This document shows positions 18,500 to 28,674 of a DNA stretch of 64,000 nt, in pieces. Under the pieces are notes generated by a model. It saw only the letters and a list, made by a program, of their open reading frames with translations, did no database searches and had not been told where the DNA came from. Position 1 is the stretch's first letter. The number at the start of each line of letters is the position of its first letter. A program made the translations under genes and the position numbers. The stretch comes from an uncultured Candidatus Saccharibacteria bacterium (GTDB lineage Bacteria > Patescibacteriota > Minisyncoccia > 2-02-FULL-40-12 > GWA2-44-9), in NCBI GenBank assembly GCA_964479835.1, contig CAYZRE010000001.1:31630-95629 (forward strand), read 5' to 3'.

Positions 18500-20322
18500 C
18501 GATGTTCCGAATATTCCGCGCACAATCGCCGATGCACAGAGCCCTTATCGGGACAGCTGTTGTTGTGATTGCGATATTCATCGCATCGGGGGCAGACGCT
18601 TGGTATTTCTCAAATCGCATTGTGTCGCGGACGTGGGTTGGCAGTGTTGCGGTAGGCGGCATGACGCGCGACCGGGCTGCGGCAAGCATTCAGGAAGCGG
18701 TCGACACGCTCGATACTGAGGGCATCCTACTTTCCGTCGAAGGCTCACCAGAGGTCATTGTACCTGATAGTATCGCACTCGATCTGAATTTAAGCGAAGC
18801 AATCGATGGCGCGTTTCTGCGAGGGCATGAAGGAGGAGCACTGAAACAGACATGGCAGCGGGTGTCCGCGTTATGGTCACCGCAACATTTCGATGCGCCC
18901 GTGCGTATCGACGAAGGGGCTTTGCGTGTTCAGATTTCCGAAGTTGCCAATGCCACTGATTTTGAACGAAGTGATATCAGATTGCAGGTTATCGCTGCTA
19001 AGGTTGCGTTGTTGACCGACACGAAGCCCGGTCGCGCCATCGATCAGAATGAAACTTTCAATCTTATCCAAAACTCTCTGCGGAGACTGGACCATGAGCC
19101 GATTGTTCTGCAATTACATGATGATATACCCCGTGCCGACGCGGTAAAAGCGCAGTCAGCGGTGATGACCGCTCAAAAAATGATTTCTCGCTCACTATTA
19201 CTTCGGTACGAAGATATTCAGTTTTTCATCAGTCGCGAACGGCTTGGCTCATGGGTGATATCCGAATATGACGGTGACCAACTCAGACCGGGCCTGAATC
19301 GGGGAACAATCAGTATTTATGTGACGACTGTTGCCGATGCGCTTAATATTGCCTCGGAACCTCCGCAGATCACCACGCAGGACGGCCGCGTCACGGGATT
19401 CATGCCTTCGAAGGTCGGCCGTTCAGTGGAGGAAGACAAGCTGACGGATATGATTGTCGATGCGGTTACCGCCCGTATCGGAACCGATAAAGTCGGTGAC
19501 ACGCTCGTCGTCCCGCTGAAGTCAACCAGATTGGCACTTATCGGCTTGGACACAGCTTCGGGTATTACCGAGATTATCGGCAAGGCGACCACGACATTTG
19601 CCGGAAGCCCGAGGAACCGTATCTCCAACATCAAGAACGGGGTCAAATTCCTTTCCGGTGCGGTCATACAGCCGGGGGATGAATTCTCGGCCCTGGCGAC
19701 CCTGGGGACCATCGATAACACGACAGGTTACCTTCCCGAGTTGGTCATCAAAGGGGACCGTACAATCCCTGAATTCGGTGGGGGATTGTGTCAGGTATCA
19801 ACGACGCTCTTCCGCGCCGTCATGGATACCGGTCTCCCTATTACGGCACGGCGGAACCACAGCTTTCGCGTCTCGTACTACGAAAAAGACGGCAATGGGG
19901 TGTTTATCGGTCCCGGCCTGGACGCCACTATCTATGAACCGAATCCCGATTTCAAGTTCCGCAACGATATGAGCACACCCGTGCTCATCATTGGCTATGT
20001 CATCGGCGATAAGGTCTCGTTCGAGCTCTATGGCACGGGCGACGGGCGGACCAGTCAGATTATCGGTCCCACGCTGCTGACCACAATACCCGCAGGCGAG
20101 CCGGAATACATCGAAACACTCGACTTGGCACCCGGAGTGATTAAGCAGGTAGAGGTTCCGCACCCGGGCGGCTCCACGAAAGCGACCTACATTATTAAAT
20201 ATGCTGACGGCCGTACGGTGCCGCAGGAGTTCTTGAGCTGGTATCGTCGCTGGCCTGCCAAGTATCTCAAAGGGGTGGCAGTGTTGTCTTCTCCGACCCC
20301 GATCCCGACCCCTGCGCCGTAA
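18496..20322 (+). CDS. VanW family protein with peptidoglycan-binding repeats
   Basis: R..NI, GGGLCQVSTTLF, RRNHS, GLDATI and DFKFRN motifs. Confidence 0.92.
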   Translation: MTMFRIFRAQSPMHRALIGTAVVVIAIFIASGADAWYFSNRIVSRTWVGSVAVGGMTRDRAAASIQEAVDTLDTEGILLSVEGSPEVIVPDSIALDLNLSEAIDGAFLRGHEGGALKQTWQRVSALWSPQHFDAPVRIDEGALRVQISEVANATDFERSDIRLQVIAAKVALLTDTKPGRAIDQNETFNLIQNSLRRLDHEPIVLQLHDDIPRADAVKAQSAVMTAQKMISRSLLLRYEDIQFFISRERLGSWVISEYDGDQLRPGLNRGTISIYVTTVADALNIASEPPQITTQDGRVTGFMPSKVGRSVEEDKLTDMIVDAVTARIGTDKVGDTLVVPLKSTRLALIGLDTASGITEIIGKATTTFAGSPRNRISNIKNGVKFLSGAVIQPGDEFSALATLGTIDNTTGYLPELVIKGDRTIPEFGGGLCQVSTTLFRAVMDTGLPITARRNHSFRVSYYEKDGNGVFIGPGLDATIYEPNPDFKFRNDMSTPVLIIGYVIGDKVSFELYGTGDGRTSQIIGPTLLTTIPAGEPEYIETLDLAPGVIKQVEVPHPGGSTKATYIIKYADGRTVPQEFLSWYRRWPAKYLKGVAVLSSPTPIPTPAP

Positions 20323-20334
20323 CCACCAAGAACT

Positions 20335-23300
20335 ATGTCCGATTTCAAGGAGCTTGAAGAGCGCATGCTCGCATTCTGGGAAGACAACGATGTCTTCCGA
20401 AAAAGCATGCATCAACACGAAGGACGGAAGCCATTCGTGTTCTTCGAGGGGCCGCCGACAGCCAACGGAAATCCCGGCATCCATCATGTCATCGCGCGCG
20501 TCTTCAAAGACCTCATCAGTCGCTACAAAACAATGCGCGGACACTTTGTATTGCGCAAAGGCGGATGGGATACCCATGGACTACCCGTTGAAATACAAGT
20601 CGAGAAAGAATTGGGATTCAAGAGCAAGAAAGATATCGAAGCGTACGGCATCGCCGCCTATAATGCCAAGTGTCGTCAGTCTGTATGGAAATTCAAGGAA
20701 GAGTGGGAGCGCTTCACGCGCCGCATTGGATACTGGGTAGACCTCCAGAATCCGTATGTGACCTATGAGAATCCGTACATCGAATCGCTCTGGAACATCA
20801 TCGGCCGCATCTGGGACAAGAAGCTACTCTATCAGGCGCACCGTGTCGTTCCATTCTGCACTCGCTGCGGTACGCCGTTGTCCAGTCATGAAGTCGCACA
20901 GGGCTATAAAACGGTCACGGACAATTCGGTGTATCTGAAGTTCAAAGTGAAGAGTTCCAAGCTCAAGCTTCCCAAGAATTCGTTCATTCTGGCATGGACC
21001 ACAACGCCGTGGACATTACCGGGCAACGTCGCACTCGCGGTTGGTCGCGACATCAACTATGTCCTCGCCACATCAAGCGGAGGAGACGAGCATTATATTA
21101 TTGCTGCTGACCTGGCCAATAAAGTACTGGGTGCGCCGCTTGCTATCGAACGCCAGTTCACGGGCCGTGAACTCATCGGCACTTCCTACCAGCCGTTATT
21201 TGCCGTCAAAGCTCTCAAAAAACCGAAGTCATACAAAGTGTATGAGGCCGATTTTGTTTCAACTACTGATGGCACGGGTGTCGTACACACAGCGGTTATG
21301 TACGGTGAGGACGATTATCAGCTGGGCACGAAGCTCGGACTAGTGAAACAGCACACCGTTGATGAACAGGGGAAATTCTTCGGTGTATCGAAAGAGTTGG
21401 ACGGAGCATATGTCAAAGCCGTGAGTACAGAAGCCATTATTCTGGATAAACTGAAAGCTGATAACGCATTACTCACGACTGCTCCCTTCGAGCATGAGTA
21501 TCCGTTTTGCTGGCGTTGTGATACTCCGCTGTTGTATTACGCGAAGGACAGCTGGTTCATCCGCATGAGCGCAATCAATGCTCAACTGCTTGCAAATAAC
21601 GATACGATTAACTGGGTTCCGGAACATCTCAAAGACGGGCGTTTCGGCCAGTGGCTTCGCGAAGGAAAGGATTGGGCGTTTTCTCGTGAGCGCTACTGGG
21701 GTACACCGCTTCCCATTTGGCAGGCCCGCGACAAGAAAGGCAAGGGGACCGGGCAGTGTCTGGTCGCTCACTCAATGGAAGACCTCGACACCTATCGCGG
21801 CGATAAGCCGGCTCACTTCTGGGTGATGCGCCACGGTGAAGCGCGCAAAAATGTGGACCATATCATCGACCAGGGCGAACTTGAGTCGCCGCTGACTGAT
21901 GTCGGCAGAGAGCAGGTAATCAGCGCGGCGCGGGCGCTCAAAAAACAATTATCTTCCGCGCGCACGAAATTGACCGCCGTCATCTCATCACCGATTCAGC
22001 GAACACTGGAGACGGCCGAGATTGCAGCGCAGGAGTTGGGCATAAAGACCATCGTTACCGATGAACGATTGCGCGAAATTAAACTCGGTCCGACACTGGC
22101 CGGATGTCATGACGGTAAGTACCACGAGCTCTACCCGACCTACGAGTCCAAGTTCACCCAGCAGCCGCCCGGGGGTGAGTCACTCGCCGATTTGAGGACC
22201 CGCATGTGGCAGATGCTTACGGAGCTGAACACGAAGTACTCCGGCAAAGATGTTTTGCTGGTCAGCCACGAATATCCCATCTGGATGATGACGGATGCAG
22301 CAAACGCGTGGAACAGGGAGCAGTCCATTACCGAGAAACAGAAACGCGGGAATGATTTTATCGGGTTTGCGTCCGTCGAGCAGCTGGTTGTGCGCAATCT
22401 ACCGCGCGACCCCGCAGGTATGCTGGACCTACACCGACCGTTCATCGACGATATTGTTCTGAAGTATCCCGATAGTTCTGCCAAGCTATATCGCGTGCCG
22501 GAAATTGCCGATGTGTGGTTCGATTCCGGTGCTATGCCCTATGCGCAGTGGCACTGGCCATTTGAGAATGAAAAAGTTTTCCAACAGCAGTTCCCGGCCG
22601 ATTTCATCTCCGAGGCCATCGATCAAACCCGCGGATGGTTCTACACGCTGTTGGCGGTCTCTACATTATTAGGTGACGGTGCACCGTACAAAAATGTACT
22701 GTCTCTGGGGCACATCTTAGATGAGAAGGGTCAGAAGATGTCAAAATCGAAAGGCAATATCGTCATGCCTGACGATGTATTCAGCGCGGTCGGCATTGAC
22801 GCAACGCGTTGGTATTTTTATACGGTAAATGCGCCGGGCGATACAAAGAATTTCTCCATGAAGGAGGTGCGCGAGCGTTTGACCGGTTTTATGATGACAC
22901 TCAACAACTGTCTGCGTTTCTATGAACTGTACCGAGCACAGCACGATACGATTCATCCGGAATTTTCCTCGGAGTCTTCTTCGAACTTGCTGGACAAGTG
23001 GATTGTGTCGCGACTGCGCGAGGTTACCGTGCTGGCGACTGCGCGACTGGACACCTACGATATTACCGTGGCTGCCCGCGAGCTGGAGCGATTCGTCGTA
23101 GACGATTTTAGTCAGTGGTGGCTTCGTCGCAGTCGCAAGCGCAGCGATGCTCTGCCGTTGCTGAGGCATATCCTGCGCTCGTTATCACTACTTCTCGCCC
23201 CGTTTATTCCGTACACAGCCGAGGAGCTGTGGCAGAAGCTCAAGTCGGAAGGGGACCCTCTCTCGGTACACCTTGCCGATTGGCCCGCCACCGGCGACAA

Positions 23301-23811
23301 GACGGCGATTGATGTGCAACTACACCAACAGATGATGCAGGTACGCGAGTACATCAGTGCCGGACTTGCGGCACGCAAAGAAAATCAGATTAAAGTCCGC
23401 CAACCTCTGCAATCAGTGACCGTCCCGGGCAAAAAATTGCACAATGACTTGGAAGATCTTATCCGTGATGAACTCAATGTGAAAGAAGTGAAATATGAAC
23501 CCGGTGCCGCAATTATGCTCGATGTGCACATTGGTACGCAATTGCGCGCGGAAGGATTCGCGCGTGAAGTGATGCGTACCGTGCAGGATATGCGCAAGGA
23601 ATTAGGCTGTCAGGTGACCGACCGCGTGTACTGCCAATGGTTTAGTGAGGATGCAGAAGTCAGCGCTGCGCTTCTTCAGCACGGCGACATGATTGCCCGC
23701 GAGACGGGCCTGTCGGCATTCGTGCATCAGGCCGACGATAAGACGCTTACCATTGAGAAAAACTTCGAGCTTGCTCTCGGTAAAGCTCTTTGGATTGGTA
23801 TCCGAAAATAA
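20335..23811 (+). CDS. ileS: isoleucyl-tRNA synthetase (type 2) with inserted histidine-phosphatase domain
   Basis: EGPPTANG.PGIHH, GWDTHGLP, WTTTPWT, DQTRGWF and KMSKS motifs; internal RHGE...SH domain. Confidence 0.96.
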   Translation: MSDFKELEERMLAFWEDNDVFRKSMHQHEGRKPFVFFEGPPTANGNPGIHHVIARVFKDLISRYKTMRGHFVLRKGGWDTHGLPVEIQVEKELGFKSKKDIEAYGIAAYNAKCRQSVWKFKEEWERFTRRIGYWVDLQNPYVTYENPYIESLWNIIGRIWDKKLLYQAHRVVPFCTRCGTPLSSHEVAQGYKTVTDNSVYLKFKVKSSKLKLPKNSFILAWTTTPWTLPGNVALAVGRDINYVLATSSGGDEHYIIAADLANKVLGAPLAIERQFTGRELIGTSYQPLFAVKALKKPKSYKVYEADFVSTTDGTGVVHTAVMYGEDDYQLGTKLGLVKQHTVDEQGKFFGVSKELDGAYVKAVSTEAIILDKLKADNALLTTAPFEHEYPFCWRCDTPLLYYAKDSWFIRMSAINAQLLANNDTINWVPEHLKDGRFGQWLREGKDWAFSRERYWGTPLPIWQARDKKGKGTGQCLVAHSMEDLDTYRGDKPAHFWVMRHGEARKNVDHIIDQGELESPLTDVGREQVISAARALKKQLSSARTKLTAVISSPIQRTLETAEIAAQELGIKTIVTDERLREIKLGPTLAGCHDGKYHELYPTYESKFTQQPPGGESLADLRTRMWQMLTELNTKYSGKDVLLVSHEYPIWMMTDAANAWNREQSITEKQKRGNDFIGFASVEQLVVRNLPRDPAGMLDLHRPFIDDIVLKYPDSSAKLYRVPEIADVWFDSGAMPYAQWHWPFENEKVFQQQFPADFISEAIDQTRGWFYTLLAVSTLLGDGAPYKNVLSLGHILDEKGQKMSKSKGNIVMPDDVFSAVGIDATRWYFYTVNAPGDTKNFSMKEVRERLTGFMMTLNNCLRFYELYRAQHDTIHPEFSSESSSNLLDKWIVSRLREVTVLATARLDTYDITVAARELERFVVDDFSQWWLRRSRKRSDALPLLRHILRSLSLLLAPFIPYTAEELWQKLKSEGDPLSVHLADWPATGDKTAIDVQLHQQMMQVREYISAGLAARKENQIKVRQPLQSVTVPGKKLHNDLEDLIRDELNVKEVKYEPGAAIMLDVHIGTQLRAEGFAREVMRTVQDMRKELGCQVTDRVYCQWFSEDAEVSAALLQHGDMIARETGLSAFVHQADDKTLTIEKNFELALGKALWIGIRK

Positions 23812-23813
23812 CT

Positions 23814-24215
23814 ATGACACTAGGCTGGATTTTTCGTTCTGTTTACCGACAGCGGCCATCCGTGGCGCGTGTCCAGTACCTGCGCCATCGGGAAGGTGCT
23901 CGCGAGTTCATTGCGGCGCGTATTGCGTACTGGCAGAGTGTGCAATTATTCGCGGTTGAGCGGGTGAGCATCAAAAATCACAGCCGTATCTGGGGCAGTT
24001 GTTCAAGTCTCGGCAACCTAAATTTTAACTGGCGACTCGTGCATCTTCCGGTAGAGCTTGCCGATTATGTTGTCGTGCACGAATTGTGCCATACCATTGA
24101 ACATAACCACTCGCGCAGCTTCTGGGCGCTTGTGGAAGCTCTGATGCCCGACTGGCGTGTCCGTCGCGCGGCCCTGCGTCACCATCACCCGATGAGTTCA
24201 GTCTATGCCATATAA
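23814..24215 (+). CDS. M48/YgjP-like zinc metallopeptidase family protein
   Basis: WGSCS...YVVVHELCH..HNHS..FW. Confidence 0.9.
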   Translation: MTLGWIFRSVYRQRPSVARVQYLRHREGAREFIAARIAYWQSVQLFAVERVSIKNHSRIWGSCSSLGNLNFNWRLVHLPVELADYVVVHELCHTIEHNHSRSFWALVEALMPDWRVRRAALRHHHPMSSVYAI

Positions 24216-24372
24216 AATAGCAAAACGGACGGGCGCCAGGCCGTGGAAGATTATCAACCTCGACCGTAATGAGGTAGTCGGATCTAGTATGACAAAAAAG
24301 ATTGCCGAGGCGTCGGTACGCGCACGCCTAGCCGGTGAGCACGGGGGACTTGTGCAGCGCAAACGCCGCTAG
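24205..24372 (+). CDS. small basic protein (55 aa, below the ORF-track cutoff)
   Basis: MPYKIAKRTGARPWKIINLDRNEVVGSSMTKKIAEASVRARLAGEHGGLVQRKRR*; fills the gap and overlaps the upstream stop. Confidence 0.65.
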   Translation: MPYKIAKRTGARPWKIINLDRNEVVGSSMTKKIAEASVRARLAGEHGGLVQRKRR

Positions 24373-24431
24373 AATGCATAGAGGGATAAGAGTATACTCT
24401 CAACGGGTACTCGTGATATCATAAAAAGACT

Positions 24432-24986
24432 ATGACAAATCGACACATCATATTTCAGGATCCGCCAGTAGCCCAGTCCATGTTTGGCAGTACGAAGACC
24501 GCATTGTTCTGGTTGGTGGTTCGGTTGTATGTCGGATGGGCGTGGATGGAGTCGGGGTGGGGAAAAATCCACAACGCTGCATGGGTAGGAGATAAAGCGG
24601 GTAGTGCGCTTTCCGGTTTTGTACAGGGCGCACTTGCGAAAGCAAGCGGGCCACACCCTGATGTGCAGAGTTGGTACGCGTGGTTTCTTACACATGCAAT
24701 CCTTCCGAATGCTCCGGCTTGGGGCCATGTCGTCGCATGGGGAGAATTGGCCGTCGGTATTGGGTTAGTGCTCGGCGTACTAACCGGGGTTGCTGCATTC
24801 TTCGGTGCGTTCATGAATCTGAACTTCCTGATGGCCGGCACGGTAAGCGTGAACCCTATATTGGGTATCATGGCGCTTGGCTTGGTGATGGCATGGAAGG
24901 TTGCCGGCTACATCGGCATTGACCGGTGGCTTCTCCCTCTGCTAGGTACGCCGTGGCAGCCGGGGAGAGTGTTCCACGGCAAGTAA
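24432..24986 (+). CDS. DoxX family membrane protein
   Basis: RLYVGW.W..SGWGK, GELAVG and NFLMAG motifs. Confidence 0.92.
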   Translation: MTNRHIIFQDPPVAQSMFGSTKTALFWLVVRLYVGWAWMESGWGKIHNAAWVGDKAGSALSGFVQGALAKASGPHPDVQSWYAWFLTHAILPNAPAWGHVVAWGELAVGIGLVLGVLTGVAAFFGAFMNLNFLMAGTVSVNPILGIMALGLVMAWKVAGYIGIDRWLLPLLGTPWQPGRVFHGK

Positions 24987-25009
24987 TTCATTTAACTTTA
25001 TTATCTCCT

Positions 25010-25345
25010 ATGGACGAGATGCGTGTTTCTTCGAAGGGTCCGGAGCATGAAAAGGCGGGACAGGCAGTAGAAGATGTGGGCGCTGATGCAGCGGTGCTTC
25101 TGGATGTCAGGGGTGATGATGAATGGGTTGCTGGTCACGCGAAAGGCGCCACTCATTGGGAATTGGCTCGACTTGAGGCCGGAGAGTTGCCCGATATTCC
25201 GAAAGATGCTCGTGTGTATGTGCATTGTGCTGTAGGTGGACAGGCACAGGCAGCCAAAGAGATACTTACACAGAACGACTGGAACGATGTAACTAATATC
25301 GGTGGTTTGGAAGACTGGGAAAACGCCGGTGGAGAGGTCGAATAG
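25010..25345 (+). CDS. rhodanese-like domain protein
   Basis: LDVR..EW..GH..GA, HCAVGG and GG..DW motifs. Confidence 0.9.
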   Translation: MDEMRVSSKGPEHEKAGQAVEDVGADAAVLLDVRGDDEWVAGHAKGATHWELARLEAGELPDIPKDARVYVHCAVGGQAQAAKEILTQNDWNDVTNIGGLEDWENAGGEVE

Positions 25346-25346
25346 A

Positions 25347-25802
25347 ATGAAAACCGCATTTCTCATCCTCGGGCTCGTGGTTGCACTGTCAGGTGCGGCG
25401 GTGTTCGGGCGCTCTCTGGTGAAGCAACCGACGGCAACTTCGTCAGCCACACCATCACCGTCAGCGACACCGGACCCAATGATTGTTGTTGACGAACCAA
25501 AGCCCGGGGCAGTAATTTCGTCTCCGCTGAAAGTGACCGGTAAGGCGCGCGGTAACTGGTATTTTGAGGCGAGTTTCCCTGTTGTTCTGACGGACTGGGA
25601 CGGCAAGATTATTGCCCAGGTTCCTGCGCAAGCGCAAAGCGATTGGATGACGACCGATTGGGTTGAATTTGAGGCGACGCTCACCTTCACGAATCCCGGC
25701 GCGGTGGTCAGTAGCCGTGGCGCACTGACTCTCCAGAAAGACAACCCATCCGGTTTGCCCGAGTATGACGATTCTCGCGAGATACTTATCTTTTTTAAGT
25801 GA
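25347..25802 (+). CDS. membrane-anchored Gmad2 Ig-like domain protein
   Basis: G.ARG.WYFEASFP, DWMT..V.F and KDNPSGLP motifs. Confidence 0.85.
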   Translation: MKTAFLILGLVVALSGAAVFGRSLVKQPTATSSATPSPSATPDPMIVVDEPKPGAVISSPLKVTGKARGNWYFEASFPVVLTDWDGKIIAQVPAQAQSDWMTTDWVEFEATLTFTNPGAVVSSRGALTLQKDNPSGLPEYDDSREILIFFK

Positions 25803-26206
25803 GCATTGATATGTCGTACCAATCAAGCATTACCCGCGACACGAAGGACAACAGCAACTTCCGCAAAGTCCTTTTTACCGGTCCCCGAAGCCAGTTGGTA
25901 GTGATGGATATCCCGCCCGGCGGTGAGATTGGAAAAGAGACACACGAGCATGTTGAGCAGACGCTTTTTTTCCTGTCCGGCTCGGGTAAGGCGATACTCA
26001 ACGGCGTGGAGTCTTCTGTCGTCGCGGGCGACGCGGTTGTCGTCACGCCCGGCACCGAGCATAACTTTATCAATGACGGTTCGGAGCCATTGAAGATTTA
26101 CACTGTCTATGCGCCACCCAATCATATCGACGGGCGCGTGCACGCGACGAAGGAGGATGCTGACGCTGACACCGCCGATGAAGATTTTGGACACAGTACG
26201 CGCTAA
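25799..26206 (+). CDS. cupin domain protein
   Basis: SQLVVM..PPGGEIG.E.H, PGTEHN and YAPP.H motifs. Confidence 0.92.
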   Translation: MSIDMSYQSSITRDTKDNSNFRKVLFTGPRSQLVVMDIPPGGEIGKETHEHVEQTLFFLSGSGKAILNGVESSVVAGDAVVVTPGTEHNFINDGSEPLKIYTVYAPPNHIDGRVHATKEDADADTADEDFGHSTR

Positions 26207-26211
26207 CCGAT

Positions 26212-26787
26212 ATGAACATCGAAGCTACCGTCATTAGGAAGATGCCTATCCGTGAGCACGACCAACTGGTCGTGCTTTACAGCAGGGAAGTAGGTAAGAT
26301 GACCGCCGCCGCCCGCGGTTCGTTGCGCATCCATAGTAAACAGGCGCTTGCGCTTGATGAAGGCAACCTGATCCATTGTGAATTGGTTGACGGTAAAGCA
26401 GGTCCGATTATGACCGGAGCACAAGCGGTTCGTTCATACAGCAGTGCAAAAAGTTCAGTGCTCCGATGGGCGGCGGCGCAGTTTTTCTTGCAGACTATCG
26501 ATGCTCTTGTATACGACGAACAGCCCGATGTCCTTTTATGGTCATGTCTGACCGATACTCTCACCCGACTGGACGAGGCCGCAGACGGTGATGCGCTTTC
26601 GGTATTTCGTCGATGCCAGGGGTCCTTGTTAGAGGTGCTGGGGTACGGCGCACGGAACGAGACGGCAGTGGCATCGGTGCGCATACACCGCGGCGCGATG
26701 GACGAACAATTTGAAGTAATCGCACAGCGCAGACTTACTGCCTTGGATTTGTTCTACGATGTGGCCGCACGCCAATATTCGTGGTAG
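26212..26787 (+). CDS. recO: RecO-like DNA repair protein (short)
   Basis: E.D..V.LYS...GK....ARG..R..SK N-terminal OB-fold pattern. Confidence 0.8.
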   Translation: MNIEATVIRKMPIREHDQLVVLYSREVGKMTAAARGSLRIHSKQALALDEGNLIHCELVDGKAGPIMTGAQAVRSYSSAKSSVLRWAAAQFFLQTIDALVYDEQPDVLLWSCLTDTLTRLDEAADGDALSVFRRCQGSLLEVLGYGARNETAVASVRIHRGAMDEQFEVIAQRRLTALDLFYDVAARQYSW

Positions 26788-26798
26788 AATAAGCAACG

Positions 26799-28637
26799 AT
26801 GCCCGCCGATTTCGAGATTTCGCCACTTATCACTCCACCACCGCTGGAGCCGACTCCGGTGTCACCGACCCCGCCGGCTTTACCGCCGGTACGATTGCCG
26901 ATGACTTCTTTAATCATGACAAAAAAATCCAGCCAAATGCTCAAGTGGCTCATTCTGGTTGCCGCCGGCCTCATTGTTGTCACGGTCGGAGCATTATGGT
27001 GGGGTGGCAGTTCTTTCTCCGATAAGGATGTCATACTGACACTCGAGGCACCTGATCACGCAACCTCCGGAGATGAAATTACCTACAAAATTTCGTACCG
27101 CAACAATACGCGTTTGTCGTTGTCGGCGATGAGTTTCCGTTTATTCTATCCGGAGGGGTCACTCGTACTCAAAGACGGACAGCCAACGACACCGGAGAGC
27201 GAAGGATTTGTGGTGGACAAATTGGATCCGGGACAAAGCGGAACAAAAGAGCTCAAAGTGTTCATGGTGGGGGATAAGGGCACGATTCGTAGCGCACGGC
27301 TGAATCTGATATTCAATGCGGGGACGCTGAAATCGTCATTTCAAAAAGAGGCTACTGCTGCCACTACTATTACGACACTGCCCGTGACGTTGACACTGGT
27401 AGCTCCTCCCACGACAGTTACCGGCCAGCCCATCCAGTACCTTTTGGATATCCGTAACGATTCCGGACAGGATCTGACCGATTTAAAGCTTGTTCTCAGC
27501 TATCCGGACGGATTCGTCGTGCAAAAAATGAATCCGAACCCGTCGAGCGGTAACACGATCTGGAATATCGATACCCTTGGCACCAGCGGCGGCAAACGTA
27601 TTACGGTCGACGGCGTCCTTCAAGGCAGCGAACGGGAGACAAAGACGGCCACCGCCGTACTGCAACGCAATTTGAACGGTCAGTATGTGGATTATGTTCG
27701 CACCGAAGCGTTCACCATGATTTCCAGTCCGTTGTTGTCGGTGACGATATCACCCGAAGGCGGTCGCGATTTCGTAACCTTCCCGGGAGATACGCTTCGT
27801 TACACCATCACCTATACCAATAATTCCCGATTCACACTTCTGGGTCTCTTGTTGGGGGTGAAGCTAGAAGGGGATATGTATGATCTGGCACGTCTGCAGA
27901 CGCAGCAGGGATTCTTCGATGATGCTACCCGCACGCTCGTCTATGATTCGGCCGGCGTGCCGGACCTCGGAGCATTAGTTCCCGGACGCACCGGCAGACT
28001 TACTTTTTCAGTTCCTCTCAAAGCCGGACTGTCGGGCTCATCGAGGGGTGGCGCATCGAGTTTCTTCGTCAAAGCAACCGCAAAATTGAGCACAAGTAAT
28101 GTGCCCAGCGGTATTGACGGGAACGAAGTATTCGCACTTGACAGTGTCATCACTAAAATCGGCTCTCAACCGACGCTCGCGCAGGCCGTGCTGTACGACA
28201 ACGGAGCGGGTTCCGGACCAATGCCGCCGGTCGTCGGATCCGAGACAATCTTCACGATGCGCTGGCAGCTCACGAATCCCGGCAATGATGTCCGTACTGC
28301 AAAAGTAACCGCTACGCTTCCTCCCGGCGTCTCATTTAAAGATGCGTCGACTGCCACCAACGGAACACCGCCGGTATACGACCAGACGCGCAACACGGTG
28401 ACCTGGACGGTCGGTACTCTGGCGTTCGGTACAGGCAACGGCACTCCCCGGTACGAGGCGACATTTAAGATTTCTATCAAACCGTCTTCTTCCCAACAAA
28501 ATACGAGCGTTAAACTTATCAGCGGCTCCACGCTGTCCGGTACCGACGGATTCACCGGCCAGACCGTGCAATCAAAGCCGCGTGATGTGACGACCAATGA
28601 TGTCGAAGGCCATCTCAACGAAGGCACGGTGCAGTAG
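26799..28637 (+). CDS. membrane-anchored surface protein with DUF11-like Ig domains
   Basis: Pro-rich N-terminus, TM, repeated G..ITY.I.Y.N beta domains. Confidence 0.8.
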   Translation: MPADFEISPLITPPPLEPTPVSPTPPALPPVRLPMTSLIMTKKSSQMLKWLILVAAGLIVVTVGALWWGGSSFSDKDVILTLEAPDHATSGDEITYKISYRNNTRLSLSAMSFRLFYPEGSLVLKDGQPTTPESEGFVVDKLDPGQSGTKELKVFMVGDKGTIRSARLNLIFNAGTLKSSFQKEATAATTITTLPVTLTLVAPPTTVTGQPIQYLLDIRNDSGQDLTDLKLVLSYPDGFVVQKMNPNPSSGNTIWNIDTLGTSGGKRITVDGVLQGSERETKTATAVLQRNLNGQYVDYVRTEAFTMISSPLLSVTISPEGGRDFVTFPGDTLRYTITYTNNSRFTLLGLLLGVKLEGDMYDLARLQTQQGFFDDATRTLVYDSAGVPDLGALVPGRTGRLTFSVPLKAGLSGSSRGGASSFFVKATAKLSTSNVPSGIDGNEVFALDSVITKIGSQPTLAQAVLYDNGAGSGPMPPVVGSETIFTMRWQLTNPGNDVRTAKVTATLPPGVSFKDASTATNGTPPVYDQTRNTVTWTVGTLAFGTGNGTPRYEATFKISIKPSSSQQNTSVKLISGSTLSGTDGFTGQTVQSKPRDVTTNDVEGHLNEGTVQ

Positions 28638-28674
28638 TTGCAGGAACCGCGCTGACACGATAATCTGAGCCCTT

